64,000 nucleotides of DNA, taken from assembly GCA_964630375.1 (NCBI GenBank), contig CAZVRT010000002.1, positions 41,706 to 105,705 on the forward strand, written 5' to 3'. This document shows, piece by piece, positions 16,974 through 26,442 of the stretch (position 1 is the first letter of the stretch; each line of letters opens with the position of its first letter). The translations under genes and the position numbers were made by a program. Below the pieces are notes generated by a model. It did no database searches, had not been told where the DNA came from, and saw only the letters and a program-made list of their open reading frames with translations. The stretch is from an uncultured Candidatus Saccharibacteria bacterium. GTDB lineage: Bacteria; Patescibacteriota; Minisyncoccia; Phycocordibacterales; JAACPR01.

Positions 16974-19145
16974 ATGTCAAAACTAGTAATCGTAGAGTCA
17001 CCTGCAAAGGCAAAAACAATTGAAAAATATCTTTCAGAAATCGGTGACTACCGAGTGGTTGCTTCTGTTGGACATATTCGTGACCTGCCAAAAAGTCAGA
17101 AAAAAGCTATTGATATTGAAAAAGGTTTCAAACCAAATTACGAAGTTGTAAAAGGAAAAGAAAAAGTTATCAGCGAAATAAAATCTCTGGCAAAAAAATC
17201 TGATGAAGTTCTACTTGCAACCGACCCCGACCGCGAAGGAGAAGCTATTGCTTGGCACTTAAAAGAAGCGGCTGATTTGAAAAAATCAAAGAGAATTGTC
17301 TTCAACGAAATTACAAAAGAAGCGATTCAAGAAGCCATCAAACATCCGCGTGCAATCGACGATGACTTAAAACAAGCTCAAGAAGCTCGACGAGTTTTGG
17401 ATCGACTTTTCGGTTATGGCCTTTCTGGTTTGATTTGGAAAAAAGTTCGCTACGGACTTTCTGCTGGACGAGTTCAATCTCCTGCTCTTCGTATATTAAT
17501 GGAAAGAGAAAGAGAAATCCGTGCTTTCAAGCCTGAAACTTTTTGGGTTATTACAGCCGATTTAAAATCTAAAAATGTTTCTTTCACTACGACTTGCAGC
17601 GAAGAACCTAGAGACAAAAAAGAAGTTGATCGTATCTTGGAAGAAGGAAAAAATGGAGATTGGATTGTAAAAGACATCAAAGAAACTCAAGCCAAAAGAT
17701 CTCCGTATCCTCCTTTTATTACATCAACACTGCAGCAAGCAGCTTCAACACGACTTGGTTATTCCCCTTCTCGAACAATGCAACTTGCACAAAAACTATA
17801 CGAAGCAGGACACATCACATATATGCGAACAGACTCAACAAATCTTTCAAAACAAGCTTTGGGACAAATTGCTGGGGTTGTAGAAAAAAAATACGGAAAA
17901 GATTATTTGTCATTTCGCACATACGGAAAAAAATCTAAAGGTGCACAAGAAGCTCACGAAGCAATTCGTCCGTCAAACATAAACAAAGAAAATGTCGGGA
18001 CAACAGAGGAACAAAAAAGATTATACAACTTGATTTGGGCAAGAGCAGTTTCAAGTCAAATGATTGATGCAAAACTTTTACGAACAAAAATAATTGCGAA
18101 TATAAAAGAAGATTCTATTCCAGATTTTAGTATCAACGGACAAAGAACTCTTGAGCTTGGTTGGATGAAAGCTGACCCTGTTGCAAGAAGCGAAGAAACT
18201 GAAGTGCCTGCAGTTAAGATTGGTGAAGATTTGGATTTGATTGACATCAAAGATGAAGAAAAACAAACTCAACCACCATCAAGGTATACAGAAGCAGGTT
18301 TGATTAAGGAATTGGAAAAAAGAGGTATCGGCCGACCTTCTACTTACGCCTCAATTATTAAAACTCTAAATGACCGAGGTTATGTAGAAAAAGAAGGACG
18401 AACTTTAATTCCGACAGACACAGGCGATGTTGTTTCTAGTTTTATCGAACAACACTTCGACAAATATATTTCTGATGACTTCACTGCCGAAATGGAAGAC
18501 GAACTAGATGAAATCGCTTCAGGAAAAGCAACTTATGAAAAAACTCTAAAAGATTTTTATGGACCTTTTATAAAAGATATTGATAAAAAAGAAGACATAG
18601 AAAAAATTACAAATCTTGGAGATGCTGATCCAAAATTCAAATGTCCTGTTTGTGGCAAAAAAATGCAAATCAAACTTGGTAAAGCAGGAAAGTTTTTGTC
18701 TTGTATAGATTTCCCGGACTGTACTGGAGCTCTTACAATCGATGGCGAAGAATGGAAAGAAAATGCACCAATCGGTGAAGATCCTGAAACAGGTTTGCCG
18801 GTAAAAATTCTTACAGGTCGTTTCGGTCCATACATTCAAATTGGAGAAAAAACAAAAGAAAATCCAAAACCTCGACGAGCAAGCATTCCAAAAGAAATTG
18901 ATCCAAGTACAGTTACAATGGAGCAAGCTTTGAAGTTTTTATCACTTCCTCGAACTTTAGGACAACACCCAGACACGGGAAAAGATATTATCGCCAACAA
19001 TGGACGGTTTGGTCCTTATGTAATGCACGACGGAGATTTTCGTTCTCTAAAAACTGACAATGTTTATGAAGTTGGGTTGAGTCGGGCGTTGGAGATTTTA
19101 GCTGAAGAAAAGAAAACTAGAAGAGGAAGAGGCAAACAAAAATAA
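16974..19145 (+). CDS. topA: DNA topoisomerase I
   Basis: TOPRIM 'LVIVESPAKAKTIEKYL', 'ATDPDREGEAIAWH', an active-site-tyrosine region 'GHITYMRTDS', and C-terminal zinc-ribbon repeats 'CPVCGKKM...CIDFPDCTG'. Confidence 0.9.
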   Translation: MSKLVIVESPAKAKTIEKYLSEIGDYRVVASVGHIRDLPKSQKKAIDIEKGFKPNYEVVKGKEKVISEIKSLAKKSDEVLLATDPDREGEAIAWHLKEAADLKKSKRIVFNEITKEAIQEAIKHPRAIDDDLKQAQEARRVLDRLFGYGLSGLIWKKVRYGLSAGRVQSPALRILMEREREIRAFKPETFWVITADLKSKNVSFTTTCSEEPRDKKEVDRILEEGKNGDWIVKDIKETQAKRSPYPPFITSTLQQAASTRLGYSPSRTMQLAQKLYEAGHITYMRTDSTNLSKQALGQIAGVVEKKYGKDYLSFRTYGKKSKGAQEAHEAIRPSNINKENVGTTEEQKRLYNLIWARAVSSQMIDAKLLRTKIIANIKEDSIPDFSINGQRTLELGWMKADPVARSEETEVPAVKIGEDLDLIDIKDEEKQTQPPSRYTEAGLIKELEKRGIGRPSTYASIIKTLNDRGYVEKEGRTLIPTDTGDVVSSFIEQHFDKYISDDFTAEMEDELDEIASGKATYEKTLKDFYGPFIKDIDKKEDIEKITNLGDADPKFKCPVCGKKMQIKLGKAGKFLSCIDFPDCTGALTIDGEEWKENAPIGEDPETGLPVKILTGRFGPYIQIGEKTKENPKPRRASIPKEIDPSTVTMEQALKFLSLPRTLGQHPDTGKDIIANNGRFGPYVMHDGDFRSLKTDNVYEVGLSRALEILAEEKKTRRGRGKQK

Positions 19146-19146
19146 T

Positions 19147-19215
19147 CGTGCAAATTTTTGCCAGTCCTCGGCTCACGCCTGCGGAAGCAAAAATTTGCAC
19201 GATTATTTTTGTTTC
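19147..19215. terminator. Long bidirectional terminator hairpin: an 18-bp stem with a 25-nt loop, flanked by an A-run on the left and a T-run on the right
   Basis: aatcgtgcaaatttttgc...gcaaaaatttgcacgatt, then atttttgttt. It serves topA on the plus strand and could also end a minus-strand transcript. Confidence 0.5.
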
Positions 19216-19244
19216 CCACTATCTCTAGTTTTCATAAATAAAAA

Positions 19245-19527
19245 GTGGGTTGAGCGACCTGCGAAATCGCTCAACCCTGTTTCAACATAGTGTATTATTT
19301 CCCTGCTCAGCGACAGTCGCTCGGGGCGATTGCGCTGGGTGGTTAAGTCGGCATACACTTTTTGTAACGGCACACAAACCAGAATACTGGACGGATATTC
19401 TATGCTTGGTTGAAACTAACCGCGAGTAGACGCGTCTTTGTGACTGACCCTAGCAAAACCACACATTACGTCAGCCAAGGTGTCGACTGCGCAACAGACT
19501 AAGACAAAGAACGGGCCACTGATTTTA
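19245..19527 (-). ncRNA. Candidate structured ncRNA of about 280 nt, identity unresolved. Some RNase-P-like strings are present but the call is not secure.
   Basis: GC-enriched block (about 50%). A minus-strand promoter TTGCGA-17-TATAAAAT lies at 19549-19522. The minus-strand 3' end is a GGGTTGAGCGA/TCGCTCAACCC hairpin followed by ACUUUUUAUUUAU. Plus-strand reading gives 'ACAGUCGC', 'UAAGUCGGC', 'GUAACGGC' and 'GACUGCGCAACAGA', which resemble RNase P P2/P4 strings. Confidence 0.35.
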
Positions 19528-19560
19528 TACAACAAAACAAAAAATATCGCAATAGCCTTC

Positions 19561-20523
19561 CTAAACTGTAAAATTGCTCAAAGAGAAAGTTTCCTCATCG
19601 TCCATTTCTGACGGCGAATTATCAACTTCCATTTCTGCAACATCTTCCTGAACTTGTTTCTGTATTTCCTCAGCTTTTTCCCGACTTGCATTTATCAAAG
19701 CCAAAATATTTCTTAGATCTTCTTCATTAAAATATTCAATACGAATTCTTCCACCAACTTCTTTTGGTTCAATGTGAACACGAGTCCCAAGAACATCACT
19801 CGCCTTTTGTTCCATTTCAAAAATTTCTGGTGCAAAAAACTTTTCCTTCTTTCGTACTTTTTCTTGTGCAATCCCTCTAGCAATTTTTTCCGCATCACGC
19901 ACAGTCATTTTTTTCAAGACAATTTCTCTAAACAAAACATTTTGTTCTTCAGGTCGATCAGAAAGCATTAAAAGTGGTCGTGTGTGTCCTTCAGAAATTT
20001 TCCCATCACCAAGTGCATTTAAAATTTCTTCCGGCAAAGCAAGTAAACGAATTGTGTTTGAAACATACTCTCTACTTCTTCCAACTTTCTTTGCAATCTC
20101 AACATGTTTCAAATTAAATTCTTCAGCCAATCTCTGGAAAGATCTTGCACGATCAACAGGATTCAGATCTTCTCTTTGCAAGTTTTCGATAATTGCCAAT
20201 TCAAGTTTCACTCGATCGTCATCTTCTTTTGCACGAATCAAAGCTGGTACTTCTCGCAACCCAGCAAGCTTAGAAGCCCGCAGTCTTCTTTCTCCTGAAA
20301 TCAACTCATACTCAACACCAATTCCTCCATCATCTTTCTGATACTCTTTTCGTGTCACAACCAATGGCTGCAAAATTCCGTACATTCGAATAGAATCTGA
20401 AAGGTCTTTTAATTTTGATTCATCAAATTCGTGTCTTGGTTGAAAAGGATTTGGCTTGATTTTATCAACTTCTATAAAGAAAACGGCGTTATTATGAAAT
20501 GCTGAACGTGATATATCTGTCAT
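19561..20523 (-). CDS. parB: Chromosome partitioning protein ParB/Spo0J
   Basis: 'ISGERRLRASKLAG', 'IIENLQREDLNPVDRARSFQRL' and an HTH 'EIAKKVGRSREYVSNTIRLL'. Confidence 0.85.
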   Translation of the reverse strand: MTDISRSAFHNNAVFFIEVDKIKPNPFQPRHEFDESKLKDLSDSIRMYGILQPLVVTRKEYQKDDGGIGVEYELISGERRLRASKLAGLREVPALIRAKEDDDRVKLELAIIENLQREDLNPVDRARSFQRLAEEFNLKHVEIAKKVGRSREYVSNTIRLLALPEEILNALGDGKISEGHTRPLLMLSDRPEEQNVLFREIVLKKMTVRDAEKIARGIAQEKVRKKEKFFAPEIFEMEQKASDVLGTRVHIEPKEVGGRIRIEYFNEEDLRNILALINASREKAEEIQKQVQEDVAEMEVDNSPSEMDDEETFSLSNFTV

Positions 20524-20604
20524 ATTGATGACATTCTAACACAATCTTTCAAACCTCAAAAAACATTGCATATTGAGCTTTTTTTTCGTAAGCTATTGTG
20601 ACAT

Positions 20605-20685
20605 GCCGGAGTGGCGGAATGGCAGACGCGCACGACTCAAAATCGTGTCTCTTCGGGGGTGAGGGTTCAAGTCCCTCCTCCGGCA
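20605..20685 (+). tRNA. tRNA-Leu(CAA), type II with a long variable arm; CCA not encoded
   Basis: Acceptor GCCGGAG/CTCCGGC, anticodon stem CACGA/TCGTG with loop CTCAAAA, variable arm 'tctcttcgggggtga', T-arm GAGGG-TTCAAGT-CCCTC. Confidence 0.85.
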
Positions 20686-20688
20686 CAA

Positions 20689-21531
20689 TTGAAAAAGCTT
20701 ATAGAAAAACCAAAAATTATTGTCGTTATCGGACCAACCGCTTCTGGAAAAAGTGATTTGGCGGTAAAAATTGCAAAAGAAAAAAACGGCGAAATTATTT
20801 CTGCTGATTCACGACAAGTTTACAAAGGTCTCGATATAGGAACTGGAAAAATCACAAAACGAGAAATGCGTGGCGTTCCTCATTATCTTTTAGATGTAGC
20901 TAATCCGAAAAAAACTTTCACTGTTGCAGATTTTAAAAAACTTGCAGAAAAAGAAATTGAAAATATTTTGTCTCGAGGGAAAATTCCAATAATCGCAGGT
21001 GGAACAGGTTTTTATATTGATGCTCTTGTTTATGATTTAGACTTGCCGGAAGTTCCACCAAATAAAGAACTCAGAAAAAAATTAGAGCAAAAAACAATCG
21101 AACAACTTTTTAAAGAATTAGAAAAAATAGACCCAGAAAGAGCTGTCGAGATTGATTCAAAAAATAAAGTTCGACTAATAAGAGCAATTGAAATTGCAAA
21201 AACAATCGGTAAAGTTCCAAAAATAAAACCTAAATCAAAATATAATATTGAATGGATTTATGTCGATTGGCCTGATGAAATTTTGAAAGAAAGAATTCAT
21301 ACTCGCCTGCTAAAAAGAATTCGTGGTGGAATGATAAAAGAAGCTCAAGATTTGCATTCAAAAGGTTTGTCATACAAAAGAATGGAAGAATTAGGATTGG
21401 AGTATCGATATGTGGCAAAATTTTTGAAGGGAGAAATTTCTAAAGAAGAAATGATTAGCGAGCTTTCAACAAAAATCTGGCAATATGCAAAACGCCAACG
21501 AACTTGGTTCAAGAAAACAATCGATTTATAG
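20689..21531 (+). CDS. miaA: tRNA dimethylallyltransferase. The probable TTG start is 3 nt after the tRNA, and the ORF-track start at 20611 reads through the tRNA.
   Basis: P-loop 'GPTASGKSDLA', 'ISADSRQVYKGLDIGTGK' and 'GGTGFYI'. Confidence 0.8.
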   Translation: MKKLIEKPKIIVVIGPTASGKSDLAVKIAKEKNGEIISADSRQVYKGLDIGTGKITKREMRGVPHYLLDVANPKKTFTVADFKKLAEKEIENILSRGKIPIIAGGTGFYIDALVYDLDLPEVPPNKELRKKLEQKTIEQLFKELEKIDPERAVEIDSKNKVRLIRAIEIAKTIGKVPKIKPKSKYNIEWIYVDWPDEILKERIHTRLLKRIRGGMIKEAQDLHSKGLSYKRMEELGLEYRYVAKFLKGEISKEEMISELSTKIWQYAKRQRTWFKKTIDL

Positions 21532-21988
21532 TATTCAAAACATCGCTAGAAGTCACCTCTGCTTTTAAAATATATTTTGTTGCACCAAGATTATTGCCTT
21601 TTTCCATAATTTCAGTTTGATCGCTCATGTTTGAAAGAATAACTTTTATTGATTCCCTTCCTAAATTTTCTTCTTGCATTTTTTGCATAAATTCCAATCC
21701 GCTCATTCCAGGCATAACCACGTCAATCAACATAAGATCGAAACTTTTTCCTGAACGCAATTCATTCAAAGCATCTTCGGCCGAAGTTACAGTCGTAACA
21801 TCATAGCCATGCTCTCTCAATCTTTTTGAATAAATATCCAAAAGAAATTGATCGTCATCAATGATTAAAATATTTTTGTCGGCGACGGCAGAATCAAGAT
21901 AACTTGTTGTCCGTCCACTCTCCTCTGCTTGAACAGCAGCGGCGCCAAATGAACCAATAATTCCAAAATTGTTTGCCAAGGTATTCAT
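21509..21988 (-). CDS. Single-domain response regulator (REC domain only)
   Basis: 'ILIIDDDQFLLDIYSKRLREHGYDV', the phospho-acceptor region 'DLMLIDVVMPGMSGLEF' and 'KVILSN'. No output domain. Confidence 0.7.
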   Translation of the reverse strand: MNTLANNFGIIGSFGAAAVQAEESGRTTSYLDSAVADKNILIIDDDQFLLDIYSKRLREHGYDVTTVTSAEDALNELRSGKSFDLMLIDVVMPGMSGLEFMQKMQEENLGRESIKVILSNMSDQTEIMEKGNNLGATKYILKAEVTSSDVLNTINRLFS

Positions 21989-22039
21989 ATGTAATTAATC
22001 TTATAATAAATTTCTGTTTTTTGAAACAGAAATATGCAG

Positions 22040-22111
22040 CGGGCCCACGAGGACTCGAACCTCGAACCTCGGTTTTGGAGACCGATGTTTTACCATTGAA
22101 ACTATAAGCCC
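22040..22111 (-). tRNA. tRNA-Trp(CCA)
   Basis: The minus strand reads GGGCTTATAGTTTCAATGGTAAAACATCGGTCTCCAAAACCGAGGTTCGAGGTTCGAGTCCTCGTGGGCCCG. The anticodon loop is CUCCAAA. Confidence 0.85.
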
Positions 22112-22155
22112 AATGGAGATACTTTAACAAAGTTGAGTAAATAAGAAAAGTAAGA

Positions 22156-22311
22156 TTATTTCTTAATCTCTTTATAAACTGTCTTCTTTCTCAAAATAGG
22201 GTTGTATTTTTTAAGCTCAAGCTTTTTTTCAACAGTCTTTCGATTTTTTCGAGTATGTCGAATATGCCCAGTTTCAGAACACTTAATTTTTACCAATTTA
22301 TCTTGTGACAT
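22156..22311 (-). CDS. rpmG: 50S ribosomal protein L33, 51 aa; absent from the ORF track because it is under 60 aa
   Basis: It translates as MSQDKLVKIKCSETGHIRHTRKNRKTVEKKLELKKYNPILRKKTVYKEIKK. This matches the L33 pattern 'v.L.Ct.C..rnY.t.KNkrn.perLelkKYcp..rkhtvhkE.K', and the adjacency to tRNA-Trp is the classic rpmG-trnW arrangement. Confidence 0.8.
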   Translation of the reverse strand: MSQDKLVKIKCSETGHIRHTRKNRKTVEKKLELKKYNPILRKKTVYKEIKK

Positions 22312-22371
22312 AGTTCATAGAGATTACCATAAGCTTAAAAATATGGCAATCTCGTTTTAAGCTCATTTTAA

Positions 22372-22405
22372 AGAAAAAAGCCTGCTCGCGGATTGAACAC
22401 GAAGC
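22372..22405 (-). terminator. Rho-independent terminator after the small secreted-protein gene
   Basis: The minus strand reads AAGCCTGCTTCGTGTTCAATCCGCGAGCAGGCTT then TTTTCTTT. Confidence 0.45.
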
Positions 22406-22427
22406 AGGCTTGATGGAGACCTCAGAA

Positions 22428-22652
22428 TCATTTTTTCTCCACCAGCGTAGTTCTGGTGTAGCTTTTCAGAGAACCCCGTCGGTATCCGGTTGGGGAGTTT
22501 TCATCTGGTACGAGATTGTACACAGGAAGGAGCGGACCTTCTTGTTCGTGCCAGATATCGGCAACATCCTTAGTCGGAAACAGCTCGTGGGTCAAATTGA
22601 CCAGTGCAGCTCCGAGAATGATTCCGAGAATGAACACGTGAATTTTCTTCAT
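22428..22652 (-). CDS. Small secreted or membrane-anchored protein, 74 aa, GC-rich (about 50%)
   Basis: Signal-peptide-like 'MKKIHVFILGIILGAALVNLT' followed by its own terminator. An alternative plus-strand ORF at 22410-22658 lacks these features. Confidence 0.35.
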   Translation of the reverse strand: MKKIHVFILGIILGAALVNLTHELFPTKDVADIWHEQEGPLLPVYNLVPDENSPTGYRRGSLKSYTRTTLVEKK

Positions 22653-22749
22653 ACTTGATTTGTTTTTTGTTGTTCAAATTTGGAAGGAATTTTCCGCTTT
22701 TAAATATATCACAAAAATATACTTTTGTCAAAGATAGATAATTGACATA

Positions 22750-24168
22750 ATGACTAAAATCTGCTATATTAATGGCGTTATGTCAAATACATCAAAAAGC
22801 TTCATCGGGAAGATTTTGTTTGTAATCGGGGTGATTATTATCCTGATTCTTCTTGCTTCCCTAATTATTAGATTCGTTCCAAAGATTTTCGGAGGTATTG
22901 CCAACATTGGTTCATCTCTTGGAGGTGCTTTTGGACAAAAAGAAGAAATTATTGTTACTGCCAGCGATGTGAACCTAAACAACGGTGAAAGATTTATCGT
23001 AAGTTGGGATTCAGATATTGACAAAGTTGGTGTATACAACGTTTCTTTTGGTTGTGTTGATAATGTAAATATCGACATTGAAACCACGAGTGGCGTACGA
23101 AGATTGATTTGTGAAAATCCATTCACACTAGGACAAAATCCCGGATCAGTAACTCTTATTGCAAACTTAAACAAAGAAAATAGCTTTGCCGATGTACCTA
23201 TTAAAATTAGTTTTACTCAAGGAAGTAAAGCTGCACTTGCTTCAAGTGAAGTTCTTGTGACAATTCAAAATGGAAATCCAAATGCTGGAACTTTTGGAAC
23301 AACTGGGAGCACAATCACAGCTGAACCGGTTGAACAAGAACCTAAACCTACTAACACAACAACCTCATCACAAACTACTTCAACAAGAACAACAACTTCT
23401 CAACCAAGAACTGTTGTATACCAACCGATTGCAACAGGACCTGCTGATTTAGCAATTTCAAATATTGCCGCAATTGGAAACAACAGAATTGCTTTCACAG
23501 TTTCAAATAACGGTGGAAGAGCTTCTGGAAACTGGTACTTCAATTACGCGACACCAACAAGTCCAAAAGAAACTATTACCTCTCCTATTCAAATGTCTCT
23601 TGGACCAAATCAATCAATGCTTTACACAATTACTTTCAATGCGAAAGCTAGTGGCAATCAAAGTGTAACAGTTCAAATTGATCCAAATAATTTGATTTCT
23701 GAAGCTTCTGAAACAAACAACATCGGAACAATTACTCTTTCAGGTTCTGCTTTTGGTGGAGGTTCATCAAATAATAATGATGACTCATACAACTCAAGAG
23801 AAGATGCTGATTTTGAAATTAGAGATTTACAAGTTGGTAGACTTTCTGGAAATAGATTTATTGAAGATGATGAAGCTGAAGAAGGAGACGATATTGCAAT
23901 CAGATTTGTTGTAAAAAACAGAGGTGGTGAAGAAACTGAAGATTGGAGATTTGAAGTAACTGGTCTTCCTTATCGAACAAGTGATGATTTTACATCAAAA
24001 GAATATCGATATCTTAAACCTGGAGAATCACTTGAAGTAACAGTAGAATTTGAAAATATTTACAGAGGTGATTATGAAATAGAAGTATTCGTTGATTCAG
24101 AAAATGATACACGAGAAGAACGAGAAAACAACAACCGACGATCAGTTGATTTGGAAGTTGTTAGATAA
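22750..24168 (+). CDS. Cell-surface protein with an N-terminal TM anchor, a Thr/Ser-rich linker and CARDB-like beta-sandwich domains
   Basis: An upstream TTGACA-17-TATATT promoter, 'TNTTTSSQTTSTRTTTSQPRT', CARDB-like 'DLAISNIAAIGNNRIAFTVSNNGGRASGNWYF', and a second acidic CARDB-like C-terminal domain. Confidence 0.45.
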   Translation: MTKICYINGVMSNTSKSFIGKILFVIGVIIILILLASLIIRFVPKIFGGIANIGSSLGGAFGQKEEIIVTASDVNLNNGERFIVSWDSDIDKVGVYNVSFGCVDNVNIDIETTSGVRRLICENPFTLGQNPGSVTLIANLNKENSFADVPIKISFTQGSKAALASSEVLVTIQNGNPNAGTFGTTGSTITAEPVEQEPKPTNTTTSSQTTSTRTTTSQPRTVVYQPIATGPADLAISNIAAIGNNRIAFTVSNNGGRASGNWYFNYATPTSPKETITSPIQMSLGPNQSMLYTITFNAKASGNQSVTVQIDPNNLISEASETNNIGTITLSGSAFGGGSSNNNDDSYNSREDADFEIRDLQVGRLSGNRFIEDDEAEEGDDIAIRFVVKNRGGEETEDWRFEVTGLPYRTSDDFTSKEYRYLKPGESLEVTVEFENIYRGDYEIEVFVDSENDTREERENNNRRSVDLEVVR

Positions 24169-24182
24169 TAGATAAAAACAAA

Positions 24183-24214
24183 AAAGCGCCGGCTCCGCCG
24201 GCGCTTTTTTGTTT
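24183..24214. terminator. Bidirectional terminator between convergent genes
   Basis: aaaaa-AGCGCCGGC-tcc-GCCGGCGCT-ttttttgtttt, with gyrB ending at 24221. Confidence 0.65.
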
Positions 24215-24220
24215 TAAAAA

Positions 24221-26281
24221 CTACAAGTCGATATCAGCAGATTTTGCGTTTGTTGTGATGAACGATTTTCGAGCTGGAACATCTGTTCCCATTAACATAT
24301 CAAACACCTTGTCAGCTTCTTCACCATCTTCGATACTAACTTGTTTCATTACTCGATTATTTTTATCCATAGTTGTTTCTTTCAACTCATCAGCGTTCAT
24401 TTCTCCAAGACCTTTGTATCTTTGAACTCGAATCTTCGGCGCACGCTTTGATTTTTCATCTGTCTCTTCTTCAATTTCAATTACATTTCCGTCTTCATCT
24501 AATTCATCTTCTTGTGGTTCTTCATCATCACCTAAATACGCTTTCTTTTCTTCATCAGAATACAAATAGACAACTTCTTTTCCTTTTGTAATTTTATAAA
24601 GCGGAGATTGAGCAATATACAAATACCCTCCTTCAATTACAGGTCTGAAATATCGGTAGAACAAAGTCAAAAGCAAAGTTGCAATGTGAGCACCATCGAC
24701 ATCGGCATCTGTGGCAATAATAATTTTGTGATATCGAAGTTTTGAAATATCAAATGTATCTCCAATTGCTGTTCCAAGTGCAACAACTAGATTTTTAATT
24801 TGTTCAGAAGAAAGCATTCTGTCCAGTCGTGCTCGCTCAACATTCAAAATCTTTCCTCGAAGTGGCAGCACAGCTTGTGTTCGACGATCTCGTCCAACTT
24901 TTGCAGTACCTCCGGCAGAGTCTCCCTCTACAATAAACAATTCAGATTCCTCAGCGCTTTTAGTCTGACAGTCTGCAAGCTTTCCAGGAAGTGTCATTCC
25001 TTCCAAAGCTCCTTTTCTAAGTACAGAATCTTTCGCAGCTTTCGCAGCTTTTCTAGCTTTCACAGCAAGAATCGCTTTTTGAACCATTGCTTTCGCATCG
25101 TCTGGGTTTTCTTCCAAGAAATACGAGAACGCTTCTCCAAAAACACTTTCTACCGCTCCTCTAGCCTCTACAGAACCAAGTTTTGCTTTTGTTTGTCCTT
25201 CAAATTGAATCTCTGGCATTTTTACAGAAACAACAGCAGTAATACCTTCAAGCACATCGTCTCCAGTAAAACTTTCAACATCTTTTGAATTTGTTTTTTG
25301 TTTCTTTACATAGTTGTTTAAACTTCTTGTCAGAGCAGTTTTAAAACCTGTTATGTGTGTTCCACCTTCAGGGTTGCTAATAGTGTTTGCAAATGCGTTT
25401 ATTCTCGCAGAAATATCATCTACATATTGAAGAGCAACTTCAACATTTACATCACCAACATCTTGTTGAACATGAAAAATATTTTTATGAATCGGAGATT
25501 GAATTTTATTTTGATACGCAACAAGCGAACGAAGTCCTCCTTCGAAATAGAAAGTTTTTGAAGGCGCTTCTGCTTCACAGTCACCCAAATAATGAACATT
25601 ATCTGGAATATCTTTTGGATCAGCTTTTCTTAAATCAACAACAGAAATTCTCAAACCACTTACCAAATAGGCTTGTTGTCGCATGTGATTAACACATCTT
25701 TTATAATCAAAAATAACAGTTTCAAAAATTGTTGGATCTGGTTGGAATGTAATAATTGTTCCTTGGAAATCTGATTTACCAACTTTCTTTACAGGACCTT
25801 TTGGTTTTCCAATATTATATTCTTGGACATATTTCGCTCCACCTGTATGAACTTCAGCTTTAGCAAAAGTAGAAAGCGCGTTTACAACTGAAGCACCCAC
25901 ACCGTGCAAACCTCCCGAAACTTTATAACCAGAACCCTCTCCTCCGAACTTACCTCCGGCATGAAGAGTTGTCATAATAGTTTCCAAAGCAGAAACTTTT
26001 GTAACCTTGTGAACATCAACAGGAATACCTCGTCCGTTGTCAGCTACTCTGATAGTGTTGTCAGGCAAAAACGCAATTTCGATATTGTTGGCATGACCAG
26101 CCATTGCCTCATCGCGAGAGTTATCAAAAATCTCAATAATAAGGTGATGAAGACCATCTGGACCTGTTGTACCAATATACATTCCCGGCCGTTTTCGCAC
26201 CGGTTCCAACCCTTCCAAAACCTGAATCTGATCTGCTCCGTAGTTACTCTTAGGTGCTTTTTTATCGTCGTTTTTTGCCAT
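24221..26281 (-). CDS. gyrB: DNA gyrase subunit B
   Basis: GHKL ATPase 'HHLIIEIFDNSRDEAMAG', 'DNGRGIPVD', TOPRIM 'ELFIVEGDSAGGTAK' and 'QRYKGLGEMNADEL'. Confidence 0.9.
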   Translation of the reverse strand: MAKNDDKKAPKSNYGADQIQVLEGLEPVRKRPGMYIGTTGPDGLHHLIIEIFDNSRDEAMAGHANNIEIAFLPDNTIRVADNGRGIPVDVHKVTKVSALETIMTTLHAGGKFGGEGSGYKVSGGLHGVGASVVNALSTFAKAEVHTGGAKYVQEYNIGKPKGPVKKVGKSDFQGTIITFQPDPTIFETVIFDYKRCVNHMRQQAYLVSGLRISVVDLRKADPKDIPDNVHYLGDCEAEAPSKTFYFEGGLRSLVAYQNKIQSPIHKNIFHVQQDVGDVNVEVALQYVDDISARINAFANTISNPEGGTHITGFKTALTRSLNNYVKKQKTNSKDVESFTGDDVLEGITAVVSVKMPEIQFEGQTKAKLGSVEARGAVESVFGEAFSYFLEENPDDAKAMVQKAILAVKARKAAKAAKDSVLRKGALEGMTLPGKLADCQTKSAEESELFIVEGDSAGGTAKVGRDRRTQAVLPLRGKILNVERARLDRMLSSEQIKNLVVALGTAIGDTFDISKLRYHKIIIATDADVDGAHIATLLLTLFYRYFRPVIEGGYLYIAQSPLYKITKGKEVVYLYSDEEKKAYLGDDEEPQEDELDEDGNVIEIEEETDEKSKRAPKIRVQRYKGLGEMNADELKETTMDKNNRVMKQVSIEDGEEADKVFDMLMGTDVPARKSFITTNAKSADIDL

Positions 26282-26377
26282 AAATAAATGATTTTAAGTC
26301 CTCTAATTTTATCAAAATACACCTTATTTACAAGGATTTTGTGTGGTGTAAATACATTTTTTCTGAGGTTTTTTAGG

Positions 26378-26406
26378 TTGACATTTTGCTAAAATATGTT
26401 AATATT
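26378..26406 (+). promoter_or_regulatory. Sigma70-like promoter TTGACA-16-TAATAT, 150 nt upstream of ORF 26557
   Basis: The only near-consensus -35/-10 pair in the 270-nt gyrB-upstream intergenic region. Confidence 0.4.
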
Positions 26407-26442
26407 AGGAGGTGATAGTTCTTTAAAAATTAACTTGCGAAA

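Noticed and set aside
20611-20688. The ORF-track start of miaA at 20611
   Set aside because: These 78 nt are a canonical tRNA-Leu(CAA). The P-loop N-terminus begins after a TTG at 20689.
26407-26415. AGGAGGTGA as the ribosome-binding site of a gene
   Set aside because: No ATG, GTG or TTG lies within 5-12 nt. The nearest TTG is about 19 nt away and opens only a 12-codon frame. It is more likely the 5' end of a leader or sRNA.
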